Assembly (NCBI GenBank): GCA_024763355.1
Contig: JANTFR010000001.1
Coordinates: 6,259-70,258 of the forward strand
DNA: 64,000 nt
Direction of reading: 5' to 3'
Origin: Anaerolineales bacterium
Lineage (GTDB): Bacteria; Chloroflexota; Anaerolineae; Anaerolineales; DRKV01
In this document: positions 26,872 to 35,365 of the stretch, in pieces
Layout: each line of letters opens with the position of its first letter
Numbering within the stretch: position 1 is the first letter of the stretch
Position numbers and translations under genes: made by a program
Notes under the pieces: generated by a model
What the model was told of the DNA's origin: nothing
What the model saw: only the letters and a program-made list of their open reading frames with translations
The model's database searches: none

Positions 26872-28809
26872 ATGGCAGGTACATTGGTTCTTTTGGCGCT
26901 CAAAGATACATACGTCGCTAAATTGATGGCTCAAGGAGCCTTGATGCCCGCTGGATACCAGCACGTAGTAGCCGAGAACGGCGCAGATTTATCTCTTTTG
27001 GCAGAGAAACATGCCGCCGATATTCTCGTATTGGACGTCAATTTTGGGGAACCAGACCCGTTTGCTGCCCTGGCACGCATCCACAAGCGACATCCTCTCC
27101 TGAGCACCATCCTGCTTTCCTCGCGTCCCGAACAGGTCGCCTTGCGCAGTCTGCGTTTAGGGGTAGCGGACATTTTGAAGCCTCCTTTACGCACCTCCGA
27201 TTTGCTGCGCTCCCTCAGATACATTCAAGAAGAACGCGCCCTGGTAGAGAATAAAGTCATTCTCCCCCTCAAGCGAGACACGCGTTCCCTGAAACAGCGT
27301 GCCCAGGCTTTCCAAAAATTGGCCGAAGTCGGTCAGATGATAACCGGTTCGTTGTCTCTGGACCAGGTGCTCAAAGCCGCTGTGGATGCCGCCGTCTCGC
27401 TTACTGACGCCCAAGAGGGCAGTTTGCTCCTGCTGGATGAGCAAACCGGCGAACTGTACGTGCGGGCCGAGCGCAACCTGGACGACCATTTCACCAAGAC
27501 ATTTCGCCTGCGCGTGGACGACAGTCTGGCCGGCAAAGTATTAGCCACTGGAGAGCCTTTGTTGATTTCCCGCCAGGGACCGCAAAAAATCAAGACGGCT
27601 TACCTGGTACATTCCCTGATTTACGCCCCCCTGCGCATCGGGGAAAAGGTCATCGGCGTGCTGGGCGTAGACCACCGCGACCAGGTCGGCGATTTCACCC
27701 AGGAACATCTGCTGCTGGTTTCTGCCCTGGCAGATTTTGCCGCCATCGCCATTCAGAACGCACACCTGTATGCGACCACCGAGGCTGAACGAGACAAATT
27801 AAACACAATCCTGACCAGCGTTCGCGATGGCGTCCTCGTTATGGATAATGAGAAACGTATCATTTTCATCAATGCCATGGCCGCCGAGATTTTCAATATC
27901 AACGGACAGCAAGCGGTCGGAGAACACGTTTCCCGCCTGATTTATCACGACACTTTTCTCTCGCTGGTGGAAAACGCTCCCCAGCAATTGCCGGAGCAAG
28001 AGGAAATTCACACTCTCGATGGGCGTTTTTTCAGTGTCCAGGGAGCCGATATTCCCCGCGTGGGAGTGGCCTTCACCCTGCACGATATCACCCACCTCAA
28101 AGAACTGGACCGTCTCAAAAGCGAATTCGTCAACACCGTATCCCATGATTTGCGTTCTCCCCTCACTGCCATCATGGGATACACCGAATTGCTCGGACGC
28201 ATCGGCCCTCTCACCGAGCAGCAGCAAATTTTCGTCGAGCGGGTGCAAAACAGCGTAGCAAATATCACCGCGTTGGTCAATCAATTACTGGACCTGGGAC
28301 GAATCGAGGCCGGTTTCGATACGCACAAAGAATTGATAGACATTGGCCCGGTGGTGCGCTTCGCGGTCGACTCAATGCAATTGCAAGCCGAAGAGAAAAG
28401 CCAGGACCTTGTCACCCACATCGAGCAGGAGTTACCTGCTATCATGGCAAATCCTGCCCGCATCCAGCAAGTAGCCGAAAATTTGATTGGCAACGCCATC
28501 AAATATACGCCAAGTGGAGGCCGCATTGAAGTACGTGTATACTCCGAAGAACATCAAATTATTCTCCAGGTGAGCGACAACGGCCCGGGGATTCCCTCTC
28601 CAGACCAGCCCTACGTTTTTGACAAATTCTACCGGGGAAGCAATGTGGCCGAGGAGACCTCCGGCACTGGCCTGGGACTGGCAATCGTCAAATCCATAGT
28701 GGAGGCACACAACGGCCGGGTATGGGTCGAATCAAAATTGGGGGAGGGCAGTACCTTTACTGTTGTTTTCCCCTCAGAATTGCCCTACGCACCGAACACG
28801 CCCCCTTAA
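26872..28809 (+). CDS. Sensor histidine kinase (REC-like N-domain + GAF + PAS + HisKA + HATPase_c)
   Basis: H-box FVNTVSHDLRSPLTAIMGYTELL, N-box LIGNAIKYTP, G1 VSDNGPGI, G2 GTGLGLAIVKSIVEAHNG. I prefer ATG 26872 over TTG 26848. Confidence 0.85.
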   Translation: MAGTLVLLALKDTYVAKLMAQGALMPAGYQHVVAENGADLSLLAEKHAADILVLDVNFGEPDPFAALARIHKRHPLLSTILLSSRPEQVALRSLRLGVADILKPPLRTSDLLRSLRYIQEERALVENKVILPLKRDTRSLKQRAQAFQKLAEVGQMITGSLSLDQVLKAAVDAAVSLTDAQEGSLLLLDEQTGELYVRAERNLDDHFTKTFRLRVDDSLAGKVLATGEPLLISRQGPQKIKTAYLVHSLIYAPLRIGEKVIGVLGVDHRDQVGDFTQEHLLLVSALADFAAIAIQNAHLYATTEAERDKLNTILTSVRDGVLVMDNEKRIIFINAMAAEIFNINGQQAVGEHVSRLIYHDTFLSLVENAPQQLPEQEEIHTLDGRFFSVQGADIPRVGVAFTLHDITHLKELDRLKSEFVNTVSHDLRSPLTAIMGYTELLGRIGPLTEQQQIFVERVQNSVANITALVNQLLDLGRIEAGFDTHKELIDIGPVVRFAVDSMQLQAEEKSQDLVTHIEQELPAIMANPARIQQVAENLIGNAIKYTPSGGRIEVRVYSEEHQIILQVSDNGPGIPSPDQPYVFDKFYRGSNVAEETSGTGLGLAIVKSIVEAHNGRVWVESKLGEGSTFTVVFPSELPYAPNTPP

Positions 28810-28816
28810 ACGCCCA

Positions 28817-28843
28817 GCCCCCGCTAAACAAAGTAGCGGGGGC
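28817..28843 (+). terminator. Hairpin after the kinase gene (GCCCCCGCTA-aacaaag-TAGCGGGGGC)
   Basis: Perfect 10-bp stem 8 nt after the stop. No U-tract. Confidence 0.4.
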
Positions 28844-29040
28844 CTTCGCCAAAGGAGGAAACAGCGATGAAAGTGTTTGGGAAACGGGCATTTCCAAACG
28901 TGGATGTATTGTAGTCCAAGGCGGGGGATTGACCACTGTCAAATGTCACATCTCACCAGTGACGTAAGACACACAGAATTGCCTTTTTTGTTTTTCTTGC
29001 AACAAGTATAGCAACAAAAGTAGCGGGGATTCAAGAATTT

Positions 29041-30177
29041 TTAAACGCGCCCGGAAGTATCCTCTCCCGACCTTGCCGCGGGCAGCCACACGCGGAAGGT
29101 CGTGCCTTCTTCCGGGCGGGTCTCAAACGTGAGACGGCCTCCTTGTAAACGCGCCAGCATTTGGGCGACGCTCAACCCCAGCCCCCATCCGGGATGGTCG
29201 CGCACCCGCTGGTCCTCCGAGCGGAAAAATTGCTCGAAGACGCGGGGAGCATCCTCTTCAGCGATGCCCATGCCGGTATCCTCCACAATGAAGGTTACGC
29301 CCTCCCCATCCTCCTGCGCCGTGAGGCGGATGTTACCGCCCTCCGGGGTATAGAGCACCGCGTTGCGCAGCAAAATCGTCAAGATTTCCGCAGCCCGCCC
29401 CGCATCGGCCTGCAAGCGCGGCAGGTCAGCGGGGATGTCTTGTTCGAGGTGCTGCTTGCGTTCCACCGCAATGTCCTCCACAGCGAGAAGCCCCTTTCGG
29501 GCAACTTCGGCGGGCGCAACCGCCGCGATTTGCAGTTTCAGACGGCCTTCTTCCGCCTTCGAGAGGTCGGAAAGGTTGGCAATCAGGCGCGACATGCGTT
29601 CCACGTTGTTGCGGATGACGCCCAGGAAGTTGGTCTGCATTTCGTTGACTTCTCCGGCCATGCCCTTGAGCATCAGGTCAGTGTAGCCCTTGATAGAAGT
29701 CATCGGCAGGCGCAACTCGTGGGAAATCACCGAGACGTAAGCAGATTTTTCTTTGCGGGCGCGCTCGTAGGCCGTTTTCCAGCGCCGTTTTTCGTAGAGG
29801 AGCCCGACAATTGTGCCGAAGGTCTCCGCCAGGGTGCGCCCGGCTTCGCCGAGGGGATGCCCGGCCTCCAGATACAGACGCCCTTCCGGCGGCTCCTGCA
29901 TGGAGAGCAGGAGGACGCCCAAGGGCATTTCCCGCTCCCCAGAGAGCAGGGCCTCCCAATGCGGAATATCGCCGGTGGAGAAAGGCGCACCCTCGGCGGT
30001 GAGGCCCACTTCCAGGGGCGGAGATTTCTCATCCATAGCGGGAGCCACAAAAAGGGCGCGGCTTCCCCCGGTACTCTTCAACAGGCGGCGCAGTCCTTCT
30101 CTCAGGGAAATTTCCAGGGGTTCGTCCTCCTGCGGGAGGCGGTTCCAGGTTTGCAAAGCGCGCAAAATCGTATTCAT
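29041..30177 (-). CDS. Sensor histidine kinase (GAF-like N-domain + HisKA + HATPase_c), cytoplasmic
   Basis: H-box YVSVISHELRLPMTSIKGYTDLM, N-box LLRNAVLYTP, G1 VEDTGMGI, G2 GWGLGLSVAQ. Confidence 0.85.
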   Translation of the reverse strand: MNTILRALQTWNRLPQEDEPLEISLREGLRRLLKSTGGSRALFVAPAMDEKSPPLEVGLTAEGAPFSTGDIPHWEALLSGEREMPLGVLLLSMQEPPEGRLYLEAGHPLGEAGRTLAETFGTIVGLLYEKRRWKTAYERARKEKSAYVSVISHELRLPMTSIKGYTDLMLKGMAGEVNEMQTNFLGVIRNNVERMSRLIANLSDLSKAEEGRLKLQIAAVAPAEVARKGLLAVEDIAVERKQHLEQDIPADLPRLQADAGRAAEILTILLRNAVLYTPEGGNIRLTAQEDGEGVTFIVEDTGMGIAEEDAPRVFEQFFRSEDQRVRDHPGWGLGLSVAQMLARLQGGRLTFETRPEEGTTFRVWLPAARSGEDTSGRV

Positions 30178-30180
30178 GGG

Positions 30181-30843
30181 TCATTCGCTTTCGGTAGTCT
30201 GCGCCGCATAAGGACACACATCCCGCAAGGGGCAGGCGGCGCAACGGGGGCGGCGGGCGGTGCAAATCTCCCGTCCCAGGCGGATGAGGTTGAGATGGGC
30301 GGCGTAATAGGCGTCGGGAGGGAATTGTTTCTCCAGGTAGGCGTGCGCTTTTTCTACGCTCATCTTTGGCGGGCGCAGCCCCAGGCGTCCGGTGACGCGA
30401 TAGACGTGCGTGTCCACCGGAAAAGCGGGCATCCCCAGCGAAAAGCACATCACGATGGCTGCCGTCTTGGGGCCGACCCCTTTGAAGCGGGTCAGCCAGG
30501 CGCGCACATCTTCGGGCGGCAGTTCCCGCAGGAAATCCAAATCCAGGGTTCCCCGCTCGGCGGTGATTTGCCGCAAGACGCCCTGAATGCGCGGCCCTTT
30601 CTGGTTTGCCAGCCCCGCCACGCGGATGGCAGCGATGACGTCCTCCTCAGGCGCATCGCGCACGGCCTCCCAGGTGGGGTAGCGCTTCCGGAGCGCATCA
30701 AAGGCCTTGTCGCGGTTGGTGTCGTTGGTGTTTTGCGAAAGGATGGTGGAAACCAGTTCATCCAGCGGAGGAAGCGGATTACGCCATTCAGGTTTGCCGT
30801 AGAATTCCAGCAAGCGGTTGTGAACTTGAAGAGCAGTGGGCAT
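30181..30843 (-). CDS. Endonuclease III-like HhH-GPD base-excision glycosylase with 4Fe-4S cluster
   Basis: HhH GVGPKTAAIVMCFSLG, catalytic region PVDTHVYRV, Cys cluster CTARRPRCAACPLRDVC. Start at the internal MPTALQVHNRL (ATG 30843). Confidence 0.8.
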   Translation of the reverse strand: MPTALQVHNRLLEFYGKPEWRNPLPPLDELVSTILSQNTNDTNRDKAFDALRKRYPTWEAVRDAPEEDVIAAIRVAGLANQKGPRIQGVLRQITAERGTLDLDFLRELPPEDVRAWLTRFKGVGPKTAAIVMCFSLGMPAFPVDTHVYRVTGRLGLRPPKMSVEKAHAYLEKQFPPDAYYAAHLNLIRLGREICTARRPRCAACPLRDVCPYAAQTTESE

Positions 30844-30845
30844 GG

Positions 30846-30905
30846 GGGAAAAATTTGCAAGCAGACAAGTGGGGAAGTGGGAAAGTAGGCAAGTTTGCAA
30901 GTGAG
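30846..30905 (-). repeat. CCACTT-family pyrimidine-rich leader repeats abutting the endonuclease III-like start codon
   Basis: Minus strand: CTCTCACTTGCAAACTTGCCTACTTTCCCACTTCCCCACTTGTCTGCTTGCAAATTTTTCCCC-ATG. CACTTGCAAACTT is identical to 46276-46288. Confidence 0.85.
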
Positions 30906-30942
30906 AGCGGGGCGCGGAGGCTGTGCTTTATGGCGGGTTCGT

Positions 30943-30991
30943 CATTCCGCATTCACCATTTTGCACTCTGCATTCCGCATTCTGCATTTTC
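30943..30991. repeat. 7 x heptamer array CATTNNG (minus strand CNNAATG / GAATGCG-type), abutting the asparaginase stop codon
   Basis: CATTCCG CATTCAC CATTTTG CACTCTG CATTCCG CATTCTG CATTTTC in constant 7-nt phase. Confidence 0.9.
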
Positions 30992-32038
30992 TCACTCTCC
31001 ATCCCGCACGGCAAACACGGGGTAGCCTTCTCCAACTTGCAGTTTGCGCCAGTTATAGATGGGAAAGCGCGGCCCGAAAGAGGCCAGGGTTTGCATCTGG
31101 ACGTCGCTCAGGGCTCCCAGTTGGCGCAAGATTTCCAGTGCTACGGCGGAGCGGACTTTCTTGCGGGCGTCGCCATCCGAAATTTTGAAGGCGATACCCA
31201 GCGCTGGAGAGTTCTCGCCCAACGCACCCGGCAGGAGACCGATGCCCTGGTATCCCTCCGCGCCCCCCTTGCTGAGAATTTTTCCGCCGCCAACCCGCAT
31301 GAGAGCGGTATCAAAGCGTCCGGGGCCGCCCACCATCTCGGGATAGGAGGTCATGGCATGGGTAATCTTGCGGCAGGCGGCGGCGCGTTTCTCGGGCAAG
31401 GCAGAGGGGTCGCACAGCCGGGCGTAGGCCTGCGCCGCGTTTCGCAAGGGAACAGCAAAATTGGGGGCAGAGCAGCCGTCCGTACCCAGGGCAACCGCTT
31501 CGGGCGGGAGGCCGCACATTTCGGCAAAGGTGCGCAGGATGCGCTGCTGGACGGGATGCGCCGGATTGACGTAATCAGCGGTGGGTGTGCCCAACATACG
31601 GGCAAAGGCTAACATGCCGCTGTGTTTCCCGGAGCAATTGTGCCGGTTGGGGGTGGGTTCTTCCCCGGCGGCCTCGAGCCGCTCGGCGGTCTCCTGGTGG
31701 TAGGGAGGGTGCGTGCCACACAGGAGGTCGTCCTCCGTAACGCCGGCCTTGCGCTGAATGGCGGAGGCCACGGCGACGTGCTCATCCGTGCCGGAGTGAG
31801 AGGCGCAAATCAGGGCTGTTTCTCGGGCGGTCAAACCAAAATGCTCGAGGCCGCCCGCCTCCACAAAAGGCAGCGCCTGGAATGGTTTTGCCGTGGAGCG
31901 CAGGAATGTGACCGTGTCGGGATTTCCGTAATGCCACAGGAGGTTTCCCTGGTTGTCGCAAACGGTTATCGCCCCAAAGTGGATGGACTCGACCGTCTGC
32001 CCGCGGGTCAGGGCAAATACAGGCTGATAATTATTCAT
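30992..32038 (-). CDS. L-asparaginase II family protein
   Basis: N-terminus VFALTRGQTVESIHFGAITVCD...FLRSTAKPFQALPFVE and CSGKHSGMLA, as in the Rhizobium-type asparaginase family. Confidence 0.75.
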   Translation of the reverse strand: MNNYQPVFALTRGQTVESIHFGAITVCDNQGNLLWHYGNPDTVTFLRSTAKPFQALPFVEAGGLEHFGLTARETALICASHSGTDEHVAVASAIQRKAGVTEDDLLCGTHPPYHQETAERLEAAGEEPTPNRHNCSGKHSGMLAFARMLGTPTADYVNPAHPVQQRILRTFAEMCGLPPEAVALGTDGCSAPNFAVPLRNAAQAYARLCDPSALPEKRAAACRKITHAMTSYPEMVGGPGRFDTALMRVGGGKILSKGGAEGYQGIGLLPGALGENSPALGIAFKISDGDARKKVRSAVALEILRQLGALSDVQMQTLASFGPRFPIYNWRKLQVGEGYPVFAVRDGE

Positions 32039-32886
32039 TTTCTACGCTTCTCTTCCTTGAGATAGTGACGGCGGTAGTAGGCTTCCAGCCCGTATTCCAG
32101 GCGCAAGGTATAGAAACCGCGACGGTTAGCGGGTGTAGTCAGCGTCTCAAGCAATTCAGGAGCCAGGGAACGCACCTGTTTGGGCGGTGTTTTCTGGGCG
32201 TGTAAGTCCGCCAGGCGTTCCTGCACTTGCAGCAAAAACTCTCGTTGCGCGTGGACATCCTCCTGCACTGCGGTGCCGCTCCGCCCAATAATGATGACGA
32301 AGCCATCACGGGTCATTTCTTCGAGCGCGTCCAGCGTCTCCAGCCAGGCGGGGATGTCGGCGTTGGCAAGGAAAGGCGGTTGGTTCTTAAAAACCGCATC
32401 TCCTACAAAGGCCACTTTGCGCTGGGGAATAACCACCCAGGCAGCCCCTTGCATAGGACCGGGATGAGATTCGATGTTCACATCGCTTTCTCCCCAATGC
32501 AAGGTAACCTGCGCCGTAAACGTAAAATCGGGTTGCAACCAACGACGGCTGCCCAGGGGAGCGCACAGTTCCCATTCCGCTCCCGATTCGTCGCCCTGTC
32601 CCTTGAAGAGGCCGGTACGCTTTTTCAACACAGCAGCCGTTTTGTGCTGCGTAATTACCGGCGCTTCCATCATCCGCAATCCCAGGGTGCGGTCGTAGTG
32701 TGCATCCAGGGCAACAAGCATGCGCTCTCCACCGCCGCGGCTATGCAGCACGGAACGCCAGTTGCGGATATCTTCCGTTCGGAGGGGGGTGTCAATCAAA
32801 AGCAGTCCGTGAGGCTGACTGATAGCCCCTACCGTTACACCAGGGTAACAGTCTTCGTAGAAAATTCCTTCGTCAATTGTGTGCAT
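32035..32886 (-). CDS. MBL-fold metallo-hydrolase family protein (divergent)
   Basis: Beta-lactamase-fold-like pattern (LLIDTPL ... ALDAHYDRT ... FVGDAV). The HxHxDH motif is degenerate. 4-nt overlap with the asparaginase gene. Confidence 0.5.
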   Translation of the reverse strand: MHTIDEGIFYEDCYPGVTVGAISQPHGLLLIDTPLRTEDIRNWRSVLHSRGGGERMLVALDAHYDRTLGLRMMEAPVITQHKTAAVLKKRTGLFKGQGDESGAEWELCAPLGSRRWLQPDFTFTAQVTLHWGESDVNIESHPGPMQGAAWVVIPQRKVAFVGDAVFKNQPPFLANADIPAWLETLDALEEMTRDGFVIIIGRSGTAVQEDVHAQREFLLQVQERLADLHAQKTPPKQVRSLAPELLETLTTPANRRGFYTLRLEYGLEAYYRRHYLKEEKRRK

Positions 32887-33015
32887 AAGAAATGGTCACC
32901 ACGTTTATTCTTCGGTTGCCATAAATTGTACCAATGTGCTTCTCTCAAATTTCTCAGTCGGTACAGACTGACTAAGCAATTCCTTTGAGCAATTTGCGGG
33001 AAAACGCACAAGACG

Positions 33016-35139
33016 CTAGTTGCCCGCAACCTCGGCAGAATGGGTTAGCAGCGATTCGGGAGGTGCAGAAGGCAGGGTTATCGAGAAGCGGGAGCCTACG
33101 CCCACCTGACTCTTGACCCAGATGCGCCCGCCGTGCCCTTCCACTGCCAGCCGGCAAAATGTCAACCCCAGCCCTAGGCCCTTGCTTCCAGGCCGGGAAC
33201 GCAGGCGAGTAAACTTATAGAAGATGTGTTCCTGTTCAGAAGAAGGAATACCCGGGCCAGTGTCAATCACCGAGATTTCAACCATTTCATCCCTGGGCCT
33301 GGCTTCAATACGGATGCGTCCTTGCGAGGCGGTGTATTTGACGGCGTTATCCAGCAAGTTGATGAGTACCCGGCGAATCATGTCTTTATCTACGTACAGG
33401 GCGGGCAAGTCGGGGGGAATAGCCACCTCCAGACTTTGCTGTTTGGCTTCCAGAGAAAGCCTCACCGCTTCAATGGCATCATCCACCAGGGGCACAACAC
33501 CCACAATTTCCTGCGAGAGCATCGGTTTCCCGGATTCCAGACGGTGGACGTCCAGGAGGGAATTCGTCAAGCGTTGAATGCGCTCGGTAGAGCGCTCGGC
33601 AATTTGCACCACGCTTTCGATGGTCTCATCGTTTTGCGGCAACATACTGCGCAATATCTCCAGGCTGGAGATAATGTTGGAAAGAGGCGAGCGCAGGTCG
33701 TGATAAATCATGGAAATCAAGTCATTACGCAGACTGTCAATATGCTTGCGTTCCGTGATATCACGCAAAATCCACTGGATATGAGGCCTGCTTTCAATGG
33801 AGACGCGACGTGCCAGCACTTGCACGGGAATGGTCTCTCCCCCTTGCAGGTGCATTACTGATTCGTAGATAATCGTCCGAGCGCTTTCTTGCAACGCTTC
33901 CAGGCGCTCCCCGGTGTGTTGTTCGTCTACCTGGTGCAAATCAGCAATGGACATACGGTACAGTTCATCTTGCGAGAAACCGCTTGTCTCAATCGCCTGG
34001 CGGTTAGCCTCCACAATGCGACCTTCCATATCTGTGATGATGATGGGGGACAGACTATCTTCGAATAAATCCCGATAGCGCTGATGGGCAGCCTGCAATT
34101 GGACAAAGAGTTGGGCATGGGAGATGGCCGTCCCTGCAAGATTGCAGATGCCATTGAGCACCATGAGGGTATCCCGTTCAAAGCGGCCGTGTTGGGGGTT
34201 GAGAGCCTCCAGCACCCCAATGATTTTCCCATCCTGAGAAATAGGGGAGCAGGCTATCGCGCTGGTATAAAAGCCGGTGCGCCGGTCTGTTTCGGGCTGG
34301 AAGCGAGGGTCGCCATGGGCATGGTGAACGATAACGGGCTGCCCTCTCCTGGCTACCCACCCCGCAATGCCCTCCCCCACCTTGAGACGCATCCCGACAA
34401 GTTGCGAGCCAGCGCCCCCGTCTACGGCTCGGAAAACGAGTTCGCCCGTCTCTTCGTCCAGCAAAGCCAGGGAACTTGCCTGAACGTTGAGCGCCTGTCG
34501 GGTCTGGGCCGCGATGCGCTGCAAGACTTCATCCAGTTTGATGGTGGCATTGATAACCGAGGCTGTCTCTGCCAGGGCGCCCATTACTCTTGCCTGCCGC
34601 TTGCTCTCGGCATAGAGACGGGCGTTGAGCACGGCTACGCCGGCCTGGTCGGCAATGGCCTGTACCAGAGAAAGGTGCTGTCTCCCAAATTTCCCGGGCG
34701 TGCTATTGACCAACGTGATAACCCCTACCAATTGTTCGCGGGCTATCAAAGGGGTGCTGATGGCCGATTTCGGCCCTGTCCGGTCAACGGCATCGTCGGG
34801 ACGGCGCAGCCAGCGGGGGTCTTTGCTGGTGTCTTTTACCAGCGCCGCCGTGCGGTTACGCATCACCCACCCGGCCAGCCCTTGCTCCGTGGTGATGCGG
34901 AGTTGCTGGGTGGTTTGCGAGAGAATATTGCTCCCGTGAATGATGGCCGATTCTATCGGCTCACCGTGTTCATCAACCACGATGATGCTCCCACTTTGCG
35001 CCCCGATATTCCGCATCGTCAAAAACAAGACCCGCTGCAATACAGTGCGTAAATCCAGGGCACTGTTGAATTCGCGGCTGACATCATACAGCAGTTTGAG
35101 TGTCTCTTGCGGGCTACGGAGCGGTTGCGTGGAACTCAT
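33016..35139 (-). CDS. Sensor histidine kinase (2 x GAF + PAS + HisKA + HATPase_c), cytoplasmic
   Basis: H-box ISMIYHDLRSPLSNIISSLEIL, N-box LLDNAVKYT, G1 VIDTGPGI, G2 GLGLGLTFCRLAVEGHGG. Confidence 0.85.
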   Translation of the reverse strand: MSSTQPLRSPQETLKLLYDVSREFNSALDLRTVLQRVLFLTMRNIGAQSGSIIVVDEHGEPIESAIIHGSNILSQTTQQLRITTEQGLAGWVMRNRTAALVKDTSKDPRWLRRPDDAVDRTGPKSAISTPLIAREQLVGVITLVNSTPGKFGRQHLSLVQAIADQAGVAVLNARLYAESKRQARVMGALAETASVINATIKLDEVLQRIAAQTRQALNVQASSLALLDEETGELVFRAVDGGAGSQLVGMRLKVGEGIAGWVARRGQPVIVHHAHGDPRFQPETDRRTGFYTSAIACSPISQDGKIIGVLEALNPQHGRFERDTLMVLNGICNLAGTAISHAQLFVQLQAAHQRYRDLFEDSLSPIIITDMEGRIVEANRQAIETSGFSQDELYRMSIADLHQVDEQHTGERLEALQESARTIIYESVMHLQGGETIPVQVLARRVSIESRPHIQWILRDITERKHIDSLRNDLISMIYHDLRSPLSNIISSLEILRSMLPQNDETIESVVQIAERSTERIQRLTNSLLDVHRLESGKPMLSQEIVGVVPLVDDAIEAVRLSLEAKQQSLEVAIPPDLPALYVDKDMIRRVLINLLDNAVKYTASQGRIRIEARPRDEMVEISVIDTGPGIPSSEQEHIFYKFTRLRSRPGSKGLGLGLTFCRLAVEGHGGRIWVKSQVGVGSRFSITLPSAPPESLLTHSAEVAGN

Positions 35140-35255
35140 ACAGGAGGCTTTCTGTAAAAAGGATTGCCGGGGATAAAGAAAACAACAGTTTGGTGAATTA
35201 TCAAACCATCCCTGACTTCTCTACCTGTGTAGGGAAAATTGCAATGCGAGTGGTT

Positions 35256-35292
35256 ATACTCTGTTTTATAGAGTATCTGTTTTGTAGAGTAT
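35256..35292. promoter_or_regulatory. Candidate operator: tandem 16-mers CTGTTTTATAGAGTAT / CTGTTTTGTAGAGTAT plus inverted half-site ATACTCT
   Basis: Two adjacent 16-bp units (15/16 identical) at 35261-35292. ATACTCT (35256-62) is the reverse complement of AGAGTAT in both units. AT-rich spacer about 120 nt upstream of the kinase ATG (35139, minus strand). Confidence 0.4.
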
Positions 35293-35365
35293 AGCATATT
35301 TACCCCCGTAAAGATGTTGCTAAAATGTGACGGGTACGCGTCTCCATCGCGAAAAAGGGAGCGTC

